From: Spirillospora sp. NPDC127506
GTDB lineage: Bacteria > Actinomycetota > Actinomycetes > Streptosporangiales > Streptosporangiaceae
DNA length: 64,000 nt
Reading direction: 5' to 3' (one strand)
Assembly (NCBI GenBank): GCA_040302145.1
Contig: JBEORG010000021.1
Translations under genes and position numbers: made by a program
Shown here: positions 18,681-27,996 of the stretch, in pieces
Numbering within the stretch: position 1 is the stretch's first letter
Layout: the number at the start of each line of letters is the position of its first letter
The notes under the pieces: model-generated
The model's database searches: none
Seen by the model: only the letters and a program-made list of their open reading frames with translations
What the model was told of the DNA's origin: nothing

Positions 18681-19183
18681 CGCCCGCCGCCCTGGAGGAT
18701 CTTCTGGCACTCCTGCTGGGCGGCCTCGAAGTCGGGGTCCTCGCCGACCTTCGCGTCGATGCGGATGCCGCGCCGGCCCGGCTCCGGGTCGGGGAACGCC
18801 TCGACGCCGTGCTGCCGCATGCACTCGGCGTGCTTGCGGGCCCGCTCCTGCATCTGCGGGTCGGGGGCGCCGGTCGCGTTGGCCATCGGGTTGAGGTCGC
18901 GGCACGCCTCCATGGCCTTGTCGATCGTCTCCTTCTTGCCCTTGGCCTTGATCTGGATGCCCTGGCCGGGCTTGGGGTCGTCCATCGGCACACCGTGCTC
19001 CCGCATGCACTGGGCGAACTTCACGCCCATCTCGTCCCGGTCGGGCTTCGCGCCGCCCGCCGCGCCGGTCTGCCGGGCGCCGCCCGCCGACGCCACGCCC
19101 GGGTCCTCGCCGCCGCCCGAGCCGCAGGCGGTCAGCGCCAGCGCCAGCGCGAGCGGCAGCGCCGCCAGGATCCGCAGTCGCAT
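18677..19183 (-). CDS. Lipoprotein with two tandem Cys/His-containing repeats (hypothetical)
   Basis: Lipobox LALTACGS. It has internal duplication ([19 protein letters not shown]... / [20 protein letters not shown]...). Its stop overlaps the adaptor start. Confidence 0.6.
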   Translation of the reverse strand: MRLRILAALPLALALALTACGSGGGEDPGVASAGGARQTGAAGGAKPDRDEMGVKFAQCMREHGVPMDDPKPGQGIQIKAKGKKETIDKAMEACRDLNPMANATGAPDPQMQERARKHAECMRQHGVEAFPDPEPGRRGIRIDAKVGEDPDFEAAQQECQKILQGGGR

Positions 19184-19326
19184 GTCTCCTCCTCGTCCCC
19201 CGGCCGGAGCGGTTCCGGCCGGACGAGGAGCGATGGAACCCGGCCGGACGTTTCCCCCGCGTTTCCGCGTCCCGGGGGCCGCGCCCTAACGGAAACGAAA
19301 CACGGCCTCGGGCACCATCACGGTCC

Positions 19327-19983
19327 ATGAGAGTGCTGGTGGTGGAGGACGAGCGGCTGCTCGCCGACGCGATCGCCGAATGGCTGCGGGACGGCACGCA
19401 CGCCGTCGACCTCGCCTACGACGGGGCCGCGGCGCTGGAGCGCGCCTGCGTCAACGACTACGACGTGATCGTCCTGGACCGCGACCTGCCGCTCGTCCAC
19501 GGCGACGACGTGTGCCAGGAGATCGTGCGGGGCGGGGCGGCGGCGCGGATCCTGATGCTGACCGCGGCCGCCGAGGTCACCGACCGGGTCGACGGGCTCG
19601 GGCTCGGCGCGGACGACTACCTCACCAAGCCGTTCGCGTTCCCGGAGCTGGCCGCCCGCGTCCTCGCGCTCGGCCGGCGGTGCCGCCCCGCCGCGCCGCC
19701 GACGCTGCGGCGCGCCGGCATCGCCCTGGACCCGGCGCGCCGCGAGGTGTTCCGGGACGGGCGGTACGTCCCCCTCGCGAAGAAGGAGTTCGCCGTCCTC
19801 GCCGAGCTGCTGCGCGCGGACGGCGCCGTGGTGTCCGCCGAGCAGCTCCTGGAGAAGGTGTGGGACGAGAACGCCGACCCGTTCACCGGGGCCGTCCGCC
19901 TCACCGTCCTCAAGCTGCGGCGCAAGCTCGCCGGCCCGCCCGTCATCGAGACCGTCAAGGGAGCGGGGTACCGGATCCCATGA
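19327..19983 (+). CDS. OmpR-family response regulator
   Basis: MRVLVVEDERLLADAI...DVIVLDRDLP (receiver) plus a winged-helix C-terminus (YVPLAKKEFAVLAELL...GAGYRI). Confidence 0.9.
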   Translation: MRVLVVEDERLLADAIAEWLRDGTHAVDLAYDGAAALERACVNDYDVIVLDRDLPLVHGDDVCQEIVRGGAAARILMLTAAAEVTDRVDGLGLGADDYLTKPFAFPELAARVLALGRRCRPAAPPTLRRAGIALDPARREVFRDGRYVPLAKKEFAVLAELLRADGAVVSAEQLLEKVWDENADPFTGAVRLTVLKLRRKLAGPPVIETVKGAGYRIP

Positions 19984-21158
19984 GGCTGTCGCTGCGCGCC
20001 CGGCTCACGCTCACCTACGGCGGACTGTTCCTCGTCGCCGGCGTGGTGCTCCTCGGCGCCACGTACGCCCTGTTCGACCAGCAGCTCTCCCGGTCGAGCA
20101 CGAAGGTGCTCGCGACGCGCGTGGACCCCGCCCCGGCGTCCACGGCGCCGCCGGTGCAGCGCCTCCCGGACGACCGGCTGATGAGCGAGACCGAACGCTG
20201 GATGGTGAAGCAGCGCGCCGAGCTGCACGACGCGGCCGTCACCTCCCTGGTCACCCAGGGGTCGATCGCCCTGCTCGTCGTCGGCGGCGCCGCCGCGGCG
20301 TTCGGCTGGCTCATCGCCGGACGGGTCCTGTCCCCGCTGCACCGCGTCACCGAGACGGCCCGCCGCATCGCGGGCGCGCCCGCCGCCGACCGGAGCCTGC
20401 ACGAGCGCATCGCGCTGCGCGGCCCGCACGACGAGGTCAAGGAGCTCGCCGACGCCTTCGACACGATGGTGGAGCGCCTCGACCGCTCCTTCGACGGGCA
20501 GCGTCGCTTCGTGGCCAACGCGTCCCACGAGCTGCGCACCCCGCTCACCCTCGGCCGCGCCCTCGTCGAGGTCGCGATGCACCGGGGGTCGGCGTCCCCG
20601 GACGTCCGGCAGCTCGGCGAGACGCTGCTGCAGATCAACGCGCGCCACGAACGCCTCATCACCGGGCTCCTGCTGCTCGCCCGCTCCGAGAACGAGATCA
20701 CCGACCGCGCCCCCGTCGACTTGGCGGACGTCGTCGCGCACGTCGCGTCCCAGACCGCCGCCGAGGCCGAGGAGTCCGGGATCACCGTCGAGACCGACAC
20801 CGCCGAGGCGGTGACCACCGGGGACGCCCTCCTCCTCGAACGCGTCGTGCAGAACCTCCTGGAGAACGGGCTGCGCCACAACACCGAGGGCGGCCGGGTC
20901 GCCCTCTCCTGCCGCACCGACTCCGGCCGCGCCGTCCTGGAGGTCGCCAACTCGGGACCGGCCGTCCCGCCCTACGAGATCCCGGCCCTGTTCGAACCGT
21001 TCCGCCGCCTCGACGCCGACCGCGTCGTCACCGCCAAGGGGGCGGGCCTCGGGCTGTCCATCGTCCAGTCGATCGTGCGTGCCCACGACGGCACCGTGGC
21101 CGCCGTCCCCCGCGACGAGGGCGGCCTGACCGTCACGGTCACCCTCCCCGGCGGCTAG
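19980..21158 (+). CDS. Sensor histidine kinase (HAMP + HisKA + HATPase_c)
   Basis: MRLSLRARLTLTYGGLFLV... Two TM segments, H-box (ASHELRTPLT) and N/G boxes (LENGLRHN...GAGLGLSIV). Overlaps the RR stop. Confidence 0.9.
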   Translation: MRLSLRARLTLTYGGLFLVAGVVLLGATYALFDQQLSRSSTKVLATRVDPAPASTAPPVQRLPDDRLMSETERWMVKQRAELHDAAVTSLVTQGSIALLVVGGAAAAFGWLIAGRVLSPLHRVTETARRIAGAPAADRSLHERIALRGPHDEVKELADAFDTMVERLDRSFDGQRRFVANASHELRTPLTLGRALVEVAMHRGSASPDVRQLGETLLQINARHERLITGLLLLARSENEITDRAPVDLADVVAHVASQTAAEAEESGITVETDTAEAVTTGDALLLERVVQNLLENGLRHNTEGGRVALSCRTDSGRAVLEVANSGPAVPPYEIPALFEPFRRLDADRVVTAKGAGLGLSIVQSIVRAHDGTVAAVPRDEGGLTVTVTLPGG

Positions 21159-22393
21159 CCGCGCGGGAAGAGCGCGTCCACGAAGGGGTTGCCGAACTTG
21201 CCGGCGGGGTCCAGCTCGCGTGCCAGCCGGGCGAAGTCGGGCGCGCGCTCGTACCTCCCGACGACCTCCGAGGCGGGCGTGGTGCTGACCTTCCCCCAGT
21301 GCGGGCGCGCGCCCAGCGGGACGAGCCGCTCCTGCAGCGCGCCGACCACGGGCAGCACGCCGTCCGGGTCGTCGCGCCAGGTGAAGTGCAGCGTCACCGA
21401 GTCGCGGCCGTGGGCGGGGCTCAGCCAGAGGTCGTCGCCGCGGACGGTCCGGATCTCGGAGATGTGCAGGACCGGCGCGATCCGCCCGGCGAGCCCCCGG
21501 ACCCGCGCGATCGCCTCGGCCGCCGCCTCCCGGGGCAGGAACCACTCGGACTGCAGCTCCTGACCGGCGCTCGGCGTCAGATCCGGCCGGAAATGGGGAA
21601 GGCGCTCGTGCCAGGGGCCCGGACGGTCCAGCTGCTCGGTGCAGAACGCCGGGTCCATGCCGGGCACGGGATGCACCGGGCCTTCCGCCGCACGTCCGCC
21701 GCTCCACGCCGGGCGGGGCGCGTCGGTGCGGCGCTTGAGCCAGACCGCGGCCTCGCCGCTGCGCCAGTCGGTGAACGCGCTGACGCTGTAGGCGGCGCCG
21801 AAGACCTCGTCGAACCGCCCCGCCACCTCGTCGAGCGGGACGCCGACCCGGACGCTCTGCGCCACCTCGAACGCGGGCTCGACGTCCAGTGTCAGCCGCG
21901 TCACGACGCCGAGCGCCCCGAGCGCGACGACCGCACCGGGGAAGCCGTCGTCGCCCCGCCGGAGTTCGGCCAGTCCGCCGTCCGGGCCGACGAGTTCGAG
22001 CGCGACGACCGACGCGGACAGGCACCGCCGCCCGTCCCCCGACCCGTGGGTCCCGGTGGCGCACGACCCGGCGACGGAGATGTGCGGCAGCGACGCCATG
22101 TTCGGCAGGGCGAACCCGTTCCGGTGCAGCTCCGCGGCGACCTCCGCGTACCGCATCCCGGCCCCGACCGTCACGGTCGACCGCGCGGTGTCGATCTCCA
22201 CCAGCGGCGGCAGCCCGTCCAGCCGGACGAGATCCCCGGCGGTGTCGGCGACGAGGCTGAACGAGTGCCCGCTGCCCAGCGCCCGCACCCGCCGGCTGCC
22301 CGCGACGACGCGCCGCACCTCCTCCACGGACTCCGGCCGGTGCACGCGTACGGCCCCGTAGGTGACGTTCCCGGCCCAGTTGGTAAGACGCAC
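21155..22393 (-). CDS. FAD-binding oxidase of the D-arabinono-1,4-lactone / L-gulonolactone / alditol oxidase family
   Basis: LTNWAGNVTYGA...RALGSGHSFS, and a C-terminal ALO domain (HWGK). The probable start is the GTG before VRLTNWAGN. The upstream part of ORF 21155..22522 is a degenerate duplicated copy. Confidence 0.75.
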   Translation of the reverse strand: MRLTNWAGNVTYGAVRVHRPESVEEVRRVVAGSRRVRALGSGHSFSLVADTAGDLVRLDGLPPLVEIDTARSTVTVGAGMRYAEVAAELHRNGFALPNMASLPHISVAGSCATGTHGSGDGRRCLSASVVALELVGPDGGLAELRRGDDGFPGAVVALGALGVVTRLTLDVEPAFEVAQSVRVGVPLDEVAGRFDEVFGAAYSVSAFTDWRSGEAAVWLKRRTDAPRPAWSGGRAAEGPVHPVPGMDPAFCTEQLDRPGPWHERLPHFRPDLTPSAGQELQSEWFLPREAAAEAIARVRGLAGRIAPVLHISEIRTVRGDDLWLSPAHGRDSVTLHFTWRDDPDGVLPVVGALQERLVPLGARPHWGKVSTTPASEVVGRYERAPDFARLARELDPAGKFGNPFVDALFPRG

Positions 22394-22593
22394 GACCTCA
22401 CTCTGATCCACACCGGCACCGTACTTCCCCGGCCGACTGGTAAGGCGCAGGGCCATACGCTGATCCACACGGGCGCCGAATTCCTCACGACGGCCCGCGA
22501 CCGATACCCGCCACTTGTGCATTTGTCCATATTTTTCTTGACAAGTCAGGCGTTACCGTGGGCGAAGGTCCGTCTATCCGTGGAGGGACGGGC

Positions 22594-25368
22594 ATGACGA
22601 CCTATCTCGGCGGGGCGAGCATCGGGGGCGACTCCGTCTCCGGAGACAAGATCGTGCACATGAGCGCGGCGGCGCCGGAGGCCGACCCCCCGCCCCGCCA
22701 GCTTCCGCCGGACGTTCCCGGGTTCACCGGCCGCCGGGACATCCTGGACCGTCTGGGTTCCCTCGTCGACGCGGGCGGCCCCGCCCCGGTGATCATCGCG
22801 CTGACCGGCATGCCGGGCATCGGCAAGACGGCGCTGGCAGTGCACTGGGCTCATCTGGTGTCGGACCGCTTCCCCGACGGCCAGTTGTTCATCGATCTGC
22901 GCGGCTACTCCAAGCGCGGCGCGCTCACGTCCAGGGAGGCACTCGGCCAGGCGTTGCGTACCCTCCGCGTCCCGGACAGCAGGCTCCCGGTCGACGAGGA
23001 CGAACTCGCGGCGCTCTACCGGTCGCGGCTCGCCAACAAGCGCATGCTGATCGTCCTGGACGACGCCGAGGATCCGCGGCAGGTCTATCCGCTGCTCCCG
23101 GGAACGTCCTCATGCGTCGTCATCGTGACCGCCCGCCTGAAACTCACGGCCCTGGTGGCGAGGTACGGCGCGCGTGCGATGGCACTGGATCTGCTGTCGG
23201 AGGCGGAGGCGCTCGACCTCGTCAGCGAGGTCGCCGGACGCGAACGGACCCGGCAGGAGCCGGACGCCGCGGCGGCGCTCGTCCAGATCTGCGCCCGGCT
23301 CCCGCTCGCGCTCCGAGTGGCCGCCGCGAACATCGCCACCCGTCCACAGCAGTCGGTGGCCGACACGGTGCACGCCCTCGCCGAGGGAGACCGGCTTTCC
23401 AAACTGGCCCTGGGCGAAGACCCCGGCGAGGCCGTCGGAGCCGCGTTCGACCTGTCCTACCGGGGGCTCGTCCCCGAGACGCGGCGCGCGTTCCGGCTGC
23501 TCGGACTCGTGGAGGGACCGCATGTCGCGCCGGAGGCGGTCGGCGCGCTTCTCGGAGCGACGCCGGAGGCGGCCCGCCGACTCCTCTACCTGCTGGAGAC
23601 GGCCGGTCTCGTCCAGGCCGTCGGCGGCGGCCGCTACCACCTGCACGAGCTTCTCCGCGAATACGCGCAAGGACGCGCCGCCGAGGAGGACACACCGATC
23701 GTCCAATCGGCGGCGATCAAGCGGCTCGCGATGTGGTACCTCACCACGGCCCAGCAGGCGGGACGGTTCCTCGATCGCTACCGCCGGACCATCCGCCAGG
23801 AGCTGACCGCGCCGCCGGTGAACGCGGACCCGGCCGAAAGGGCCCGCCACCTCGACTGGTTCGCCTCCGAGCAACCGAACCTGATCGCGCTCATCCGACA
23901 GGTCGCCCGGCTGGGCTGGGACCAGCTCACCTGGGAGCTCGCCGATGCCGTCTACGACTTCTTCGAGTTGCGCCGCCACTGCCACGAGAACCTGGAAGTC
24001 CACCGCCTCGGCCTGGAGGCGGCGCGGCGGGGATCCGACCCGCTCGCCTGCTTCTTCATGCACCATCACATCTCGGTCAGCCATCGCGAACTGGGCCAGA
24101 CGGAGGAGGCCCTCCAGGGGGCCGAGGCGGCGCTCCAGCTCAGCATCCAGCTCGAGGACCGCTACGGCGAAGCCGCCGTCCTGGACAACATGGCGAGGAC
24201 GCATCTCCAGGTGAGCGACTACCGCACGGCCCTCGACCTGGGCAAGCAGGCCCTGGAGATCCGCCGTGACATCAGCGACCGGCACGCGGAGGCCACCACT
24301 CTCGACACGTTGGCGCGCGGTTACCAGGGACTCAGCAAGTACACACGGGCCTACGAGTGCGCCGACGGCGCGCTCAAGATCCGCAAGGAGATCGGAGACC
24401 TGCGGGGCGAGGCGGAGACGCTCGACAACCTCGCCCGGATCTACTACGGGACGGGGCGGATCAAGGACTCGCTCACGGCCACGGAGAAGGCGCTGAGAAT
24501 CCGCAGCGACATCGGTGACCGCCACGGCCAAGGCGAGACACTCGCCTTCCTCGCTTACCTCCACATGCGGATCGGCCGGCACGAACAGGCCTGCGAGCAC
24601 ATCGAACACGCCCTCGCCATCCGGCGCGGAATCGCCGATCCGCAAGGGGAAGGCCAGGCGCTGGTCCATCTCTCCACGATCTGCCGACGGCTCGGCCGGT
24701 ATGAGAGCGCCCTCGCGGCCGGCCTGGAGGCCCTCGACATCTTGCAGCAGTTGCGTGACAGGCACGGCGAGGCGGAGGCCCTCGATAATCTGAGCCGCTG
24801 CTACCGCCGACTGGGCCTGTACGAGCGGGCCAGGGAGGACGTGAACCGCGCGCTCACCATCCGCAGGTCGATCGGCGACCGCCTCGGCGAGGCCAACACG
24901 CTGAACGCGCTGGGACTCGTGGAACTCCACGCCGGACGGCTCGGCAGGGCACGGCGGGCGGCGAAGCTGTCGCTCCGGCTCTGCCACTCGATCGACGACA
25001 AGCGCGGCATCGCCGGCTCACTCGATCTGCTCGCCAAGGTCTACCTGGACATGGGGCTGTATCAGAAGGCACGGCGCACCGCCGAAAAGGCTCTCAACGT
25101 GGCCGGAGACATAGGGCAGCGCTACGGGCAGATCATCACGCTGAGTGCGCTCGGCGAGATCCTCCGGCGGCTGGGGCACCCCGACGAGGCCCTGGCCCAC
25201 GCACGGGCGGCGAGAGAACTCGCCAAGCAGGCGGGCGACCTGCACGAGGAGATCAATATCCTCCGGCTGCAGGCGAAGATCCACATTGATCTGGGACAGG
25301 TCGACGAGTCTCGGATCATCACTGCACAAGTCGCGAACATGACACGGGATCTTGGACAACTCCCGTAG
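22594..25368 (+). CDS. STAND NTPase: NB-ARC (AAA+ P-loop) domain followed by ~12 TPR repeats; short Gly/Asp-rich N-terminal motif
   Basis: ALTGMPGIGKTALA (Walker A), MLIVLDDAED (Walker B), then repeated TPR units (...AEAL.N.A..Y...G.Y..A.....AL.I...). ATG at 22594 has RBS ggaggga and TTGACA at ~22537. Confidence 0.85.
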   Translation: MTTYLGGASIGGDSVSGDKIVHMSAAAPEADPPPRQLPPDVPGFTGRRDILDRLGSLVDAGGPAPVIIALTGMPGIGKTALAVHWAHLVSDRFPDGQLFIDLRGYSKRGALTSREALGQALRTLRVPDSRLPVDEDELAALYRSRLANKRMLIVLDDAEDPRQVYPLLPGTSSCVVIVTARLKLTALVARYGARAMALDLLSEAEALDLVSEVAGRERTRQEPDAAAALVQICARLPLALRVAAANIATRPQQSVADTVHALAEGDRLSKLALGEDPGEAVGAAFDLSYRGLVPETRRAFRLLGLVEGPHVAPEAVGALLGATPEAARRLLYLLETAGLVQAVGGGRYHLHELLREYAQGRAAEEDTPIVQSAAIKRLAMWYLTTAQQAGRFLDRYRRTIRQELTAPPVNADPAERARHLDWFASEQPNLIALIRQVARLGWDQLTWELADAVYDFFELRRHCHENLEVHRLGLEAARRGSDPLACFFMHHHISVSHRELGQTEEALQGAEAALQLSIQLEDRYGEAAVLDNMARTHLQVSDYRTALDLGKQALEIRRDISDRHAEATTLDTLARGYQGLSKYTRAYECADGALKIRKEIGDLRGEAETLDNLARIYYGTGRIKDSLTATEKALRIRSDIGDRHGQGETLAFLAYLHMRIGRHEQACEHIEHALAIRRGIADPQGEGQALVHLSTICRRLGRYESALAAGLEALDILQQLRDRHGEAEALDNLSRCYRRLGLYERAREDVNRALTIRRSIGDRLGEANTLNALGLVELHAGRLGRARRAAKLSLRLCHSIDDKRGIAGSLDLLAKVYLDMGLYQKARRTAEKALNVAGDIGQRYGQIITLSALGEILRRLGHPDEALAHARAARELAKQAGDLHEEINILRLQAKIHIDLGQVDESRIITAQVANMTRDLGQLP

Positions 25369-25382
25369 AATGCCTGTAGTGC

Positions 25383-26504
25383 GTGAGTAAGTGCGATTTT
25401 GGGACGACCACCTCCCGGGTCTCCGGCAAGGCCCGACCACGTTATCGAGGACGCGCTTTGCTCGAACCAGACGACCGATTTCTCACCTGCCGCGAAGTTC
25501 TGCGCTGGTATTACGGGCACCGGGATCCGCTGTTTCTGGGCCCTCCTCGGCGCCACTACAGCCTGCACTACACGTATTGGCACGAGGGGCGGCCATACGT
25601 GGCCTCGAAGGTGCGCAAGGAACGTGGACGAGTCCCTTTTAATCGACAATTCGCCATAATTCGGGCACTGGAGACAACCGCGGCGGGATCCATCGTGCGG
25701 TCTCCGATCACGACGCGGGACGGCCACCAGTGGGTCACCGGCCCTCGCAACCAGTGGTTCGTCCGCCCCTACACCGAGCACGACAGCGCACCGAATTGGC
25801 TGTCCGCTCAGCTGGTCGAGGACGCCGCGCGGAAACTGGCGCTCACGCATCGCACGTCCGGCGTCATCGACCCCGGCGTATTGCGCCATCCCGCGCACGG
25901 TCTGCGAATCTACGACTGGGGGATGTTCGACGTTCTCCGGCATCCCGACGCCATTGTCGTGGACATGCGCGCCCAGGGACGGCCTCCCGAGCACATCCTG
26001 ACCGTCCACGCGGGGCTCACCCGGCTGCGCGCCGCGAGAAAGGGGCTGGATCTCGGCCCTGAAGGGCTCACCCACCACGATGTGCACAAGGAGAACCTGC
26101 TCGTCAAGGACGAGAAAGTCGTCGAGATCGTCGACTGGGATCGCGCACATTGGGACGTCCAGTGGTACGACGTCACGCTGGCCGCCCTGCATATCGCACA
26201 TTGCCGGCAGGCCACCCTGCGCTGGGATCTGGCCGACGCGTTCGTCGACGCCTACCAGGCCGAATCGGGGTACGAAATCAAGCCGGATGCGCTGGGGTGG
26301 TTGTTCCGGTTCACGGCGGTGCGGAATCTGGCGGTTTCGCGGTCGCCGGGGAAGTGGGCGCGGCTCGTGCGCGGGGTCGAGGAGCGGTGGGGGGACGTGC
26401 CGTCAGTGTTCGTGGGTGATCTTGTTTCCGAGGACCAGGTCGCCGCGGACGTGGACGTCGCCGCTGAAGACGGTGGTTCCCTGGGGGCCGTCGGGGTCGG
26501 GTGA
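25383..26504 (+). CDS. Aminoglycoside-phosphotransferase-like (APH/CotS/HSK-II) small-molecule kinase
   Basis: Brenner/catalytic loop HHDVHKENLLV followed by VDWD. The 3' end overlaps the convergent 26403-27194 gene by ~100 bp, so the true C-terminus is uncertain. Confidence 0.55.
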   Translation: MSKCDFGTTTSRVSGKARPRYRGRALLEPDDRFLTCREVLRWYYGHRDPLFLGPPRRHYSLHYTYWHEGRPYVASKVRKERGRVPFNRQFAIIRALETTAAGSIVRSPITTRDGHQWVTGPRNQWFVRPYTEHDSAPNWLSAQLVEDAARKLALTHRTSGVIDPGVLRHPAHGLRIYDWGMFDVLRHPDAIVVDMRAQGRPPEHILTVHAGLTRLRAARKGLDLGPEGLTHHDVHKENLLVKDEKVVEIVDWDRAHWDVQWYDVTLAALHIAHCRQATLRWDLADAFVDAYQAESGYEIKPDALGWLFRFTAVRNLAVSRSPGKWARLVRGVEERWGDVPSVFVGDLVSEDQVAADVDVAAEDGGSLGAVGVG

Positions 26505-27194
26505 GCGGCGGGCCGGGGCGGGTCGGTTCTGGGCGCCCGCCAGGTACATCCACGCTTCGGTCGCCGTCTCCTTGACCTTGAGGGTCACGTGCTCGAAGGC
26601 GTCCGGGGCTATCAGGCCGTCCAGGTGGGTCACGAAGGCGTCGTAGACGAACGGCGAGACGATGAAGCCCAGGTCGGCGCCCGTCTCGGCGAGGGCCGTC
26701 TTGAGGACGGGGGCCTCCATGAGGCGGGCCGTCTGGATGATGACGTGGCCGTTCAGGCCCTCGGCGTCGGCGGTGACGGGGCCGACGTGCAGGGCCGCGC
26801 GGAGTTGGACGCGGACGGCGGCGCTCGCGATCCGGTTGTGCCGGTGGAGCGCGACGGCCAGGTGCCCGGCGAGCGGGTCGATGAGGGACGCGGTGCGGAC
26901 GGCCGGCGAGGCGATCACCAGGGCGCCGTCGCCGCGGTCCTCGCGGTAGATGTCGGCGGCCCCGACGCCCGACGCCTCCAGCGCTGACAGCAGGACGCGG
27001 TAGACGACCTCGCGGACGAGCCGGCGGTCCTCGTCGGTGCGGGACGGGTCGCCGAAGCCCGCGACGTCGCAGAACAGGACGGAGCAGTTCAGCCCCGACC
27101 AGGGCGCTAGGGCGCCGGCGGGCGCGCGGTCGAGTGGTGCGTCCACAGCACGAGTGAACGCCCCCGGCGGCCGGTTGTCCATGTCACCGGGCAC
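26403..27194 (-). CDS. Small class-III nucleotidyl-cyclase-like (CHD-like) protein with conserved C-terminal Gly/Asp motif
   Basis: SVLFCDVAGFGD resembles the metal-binding start of adenylyl/guanylyl cyclase catalytic domains (LFADIVGFT). The C-terminus TTVFSGDVHVRGDLVLGNKITHEH is similar to the N-terminus of the NB-ARC protein. Confidence 0.5.
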   Translation of the reverse strand: MPGDMDNRPPGAFTRAVDAPLDRAPAGALAPWSGLNCSVLFCDVAGFGDPSRTDEDRRLVREVVYRVLLSALEASGVGAADIYREDRGDGALVIASPAVRTASLIDPLAGHLAVALHRHNRIASAAVRVQLRAALHVGPVTADAEGLNGHVIIQTARLMEAPVLKTALAETGADLGFIVSPFVYDAFVTHLDGLIAPDAFEHVTLKVKETATEAWMYLAGAQNRPAPARRSPDPDGPQGTTVFSGDVHVRGDLVLGNKITHEH

Positions 27195-27204
27195 AAAGCG
27201 CGGG

Positions 27205-27996
27205 TCAGCGGTGCGCGGTCCGGCGGCGCAGCTCGCGCGGGCTGATCCCGAAACGCTGCCGGAAGGCGTGGCTCAGCGCGCTCGCCGAGGAGAAGCCCGT
27301 CGCGTGCGCGAGGTCGGTGATGGTGACGTGCCGGTAGAGCGGGTTGCGCAGCCGGTCCCGGACGAGCCGGAGGCGCTCCTCGCGGATCAGCTCGCGCGGC
27401 GTCGTCCCGGCGCGCTGCAGGGCGAGCTGGATCTGCCGCAGCGACCAGCCGAGGTCCTGCGCCATCGCGGTGCCGGTGAGGCCGGGGTCGGTGGCGTGCT
27501 CGCGGACGTACCGGCGCACGACCGCCTCCACCTCGGCGAGATGGCCGGGCGAGGGCGGGCGGTGCCGGCCCGCGACGGCCAGGCACAGCAGCTCGGTGAT
27601 CCGGTCGCAGGCGGCGTCGAACTGCGGCTCGGAGAGGGTGTCGCGCTCCTCCCCCACGGCCCGCACCATGTCGGCGACGACGCGGCCGAGGCCGGCGGTC
27701 AGGTCGAGGCCCGTCACCGGGCGGGGCGGCAGGTCCAGCCGCCCGTCCACCTCGTGCACCGGGATCGTCATGACGAGGGCGCGGGCGGGGCGCCGCTGGA
27801 CGACCCGGAGCGGCGCGGCGGGCGGGACGAGGCCGCCCGTGCCGGGGCCGAGCCGCGCCTCGCGGCCGTCCTGGAGCATGAGGAGCTCGCCGTGCAGCGG
27901 CAGCAGGAACCGGTAGCCGCCGGCGGTGAACGGCTCGGCGCGGTCCGCCGTGCAGAGGACGAGCCGGTAGGCGCCCGGCCCGCCGAGGTCGTCCAC
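27205..27996 (-). CDS. AraC/XylS-family transcriptional regulator
   Basis: C-terminal dual HTH (TITDLAHATGFSSASALSHAFRQRFGISPRELRRR). Confidence 0.8.
   Translation of the reverse strand: MDDLGGPGAYRLVLCTADRAEPFTAGGYRFLLPLHGELLMLQDGREARLGPGTGGLVPPAAPLRVVQRRPARALVMTIPVHEVDGRLDLPPRPVTGLDLTAGLGRVVADMVRAVGEERDTLSEPQFDAACDRITELLCLAVAGRHRPPSPGHLAEVEAVVRRYVREHATDPGLTGTAMAQDLGWSLRQIQLALQRAGTTPRELIREERLRLVRDRLRNPLYRHVTITDLAHATGFSSASALSHAFRQRFGISPRELRRRTAHR

Noticed and set aside
19617-22064. 815-aa minus ORF antisense to the two-component system genes
   Set aside because: The sense strand encodes a canonical RR and HK. The antisense translation is Arg/Gly-rich nonsense.
23110-24987. 625-aa minus ORF and several other ORFs inside the NB-ARC/TPR gene
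   Set aside because: TPR repeats are clearly readable on the plus strand. Antisense frames lack structure.
25383-25440. Possible homology of the APH-like kinase N-terminus (GTTTSRVSG) to the shared Gly/Asp terminal motif
   Set aside because: Resemblance is too weak (no GD…KI.H pattern) to claim the kinase carries the same pairing motif.
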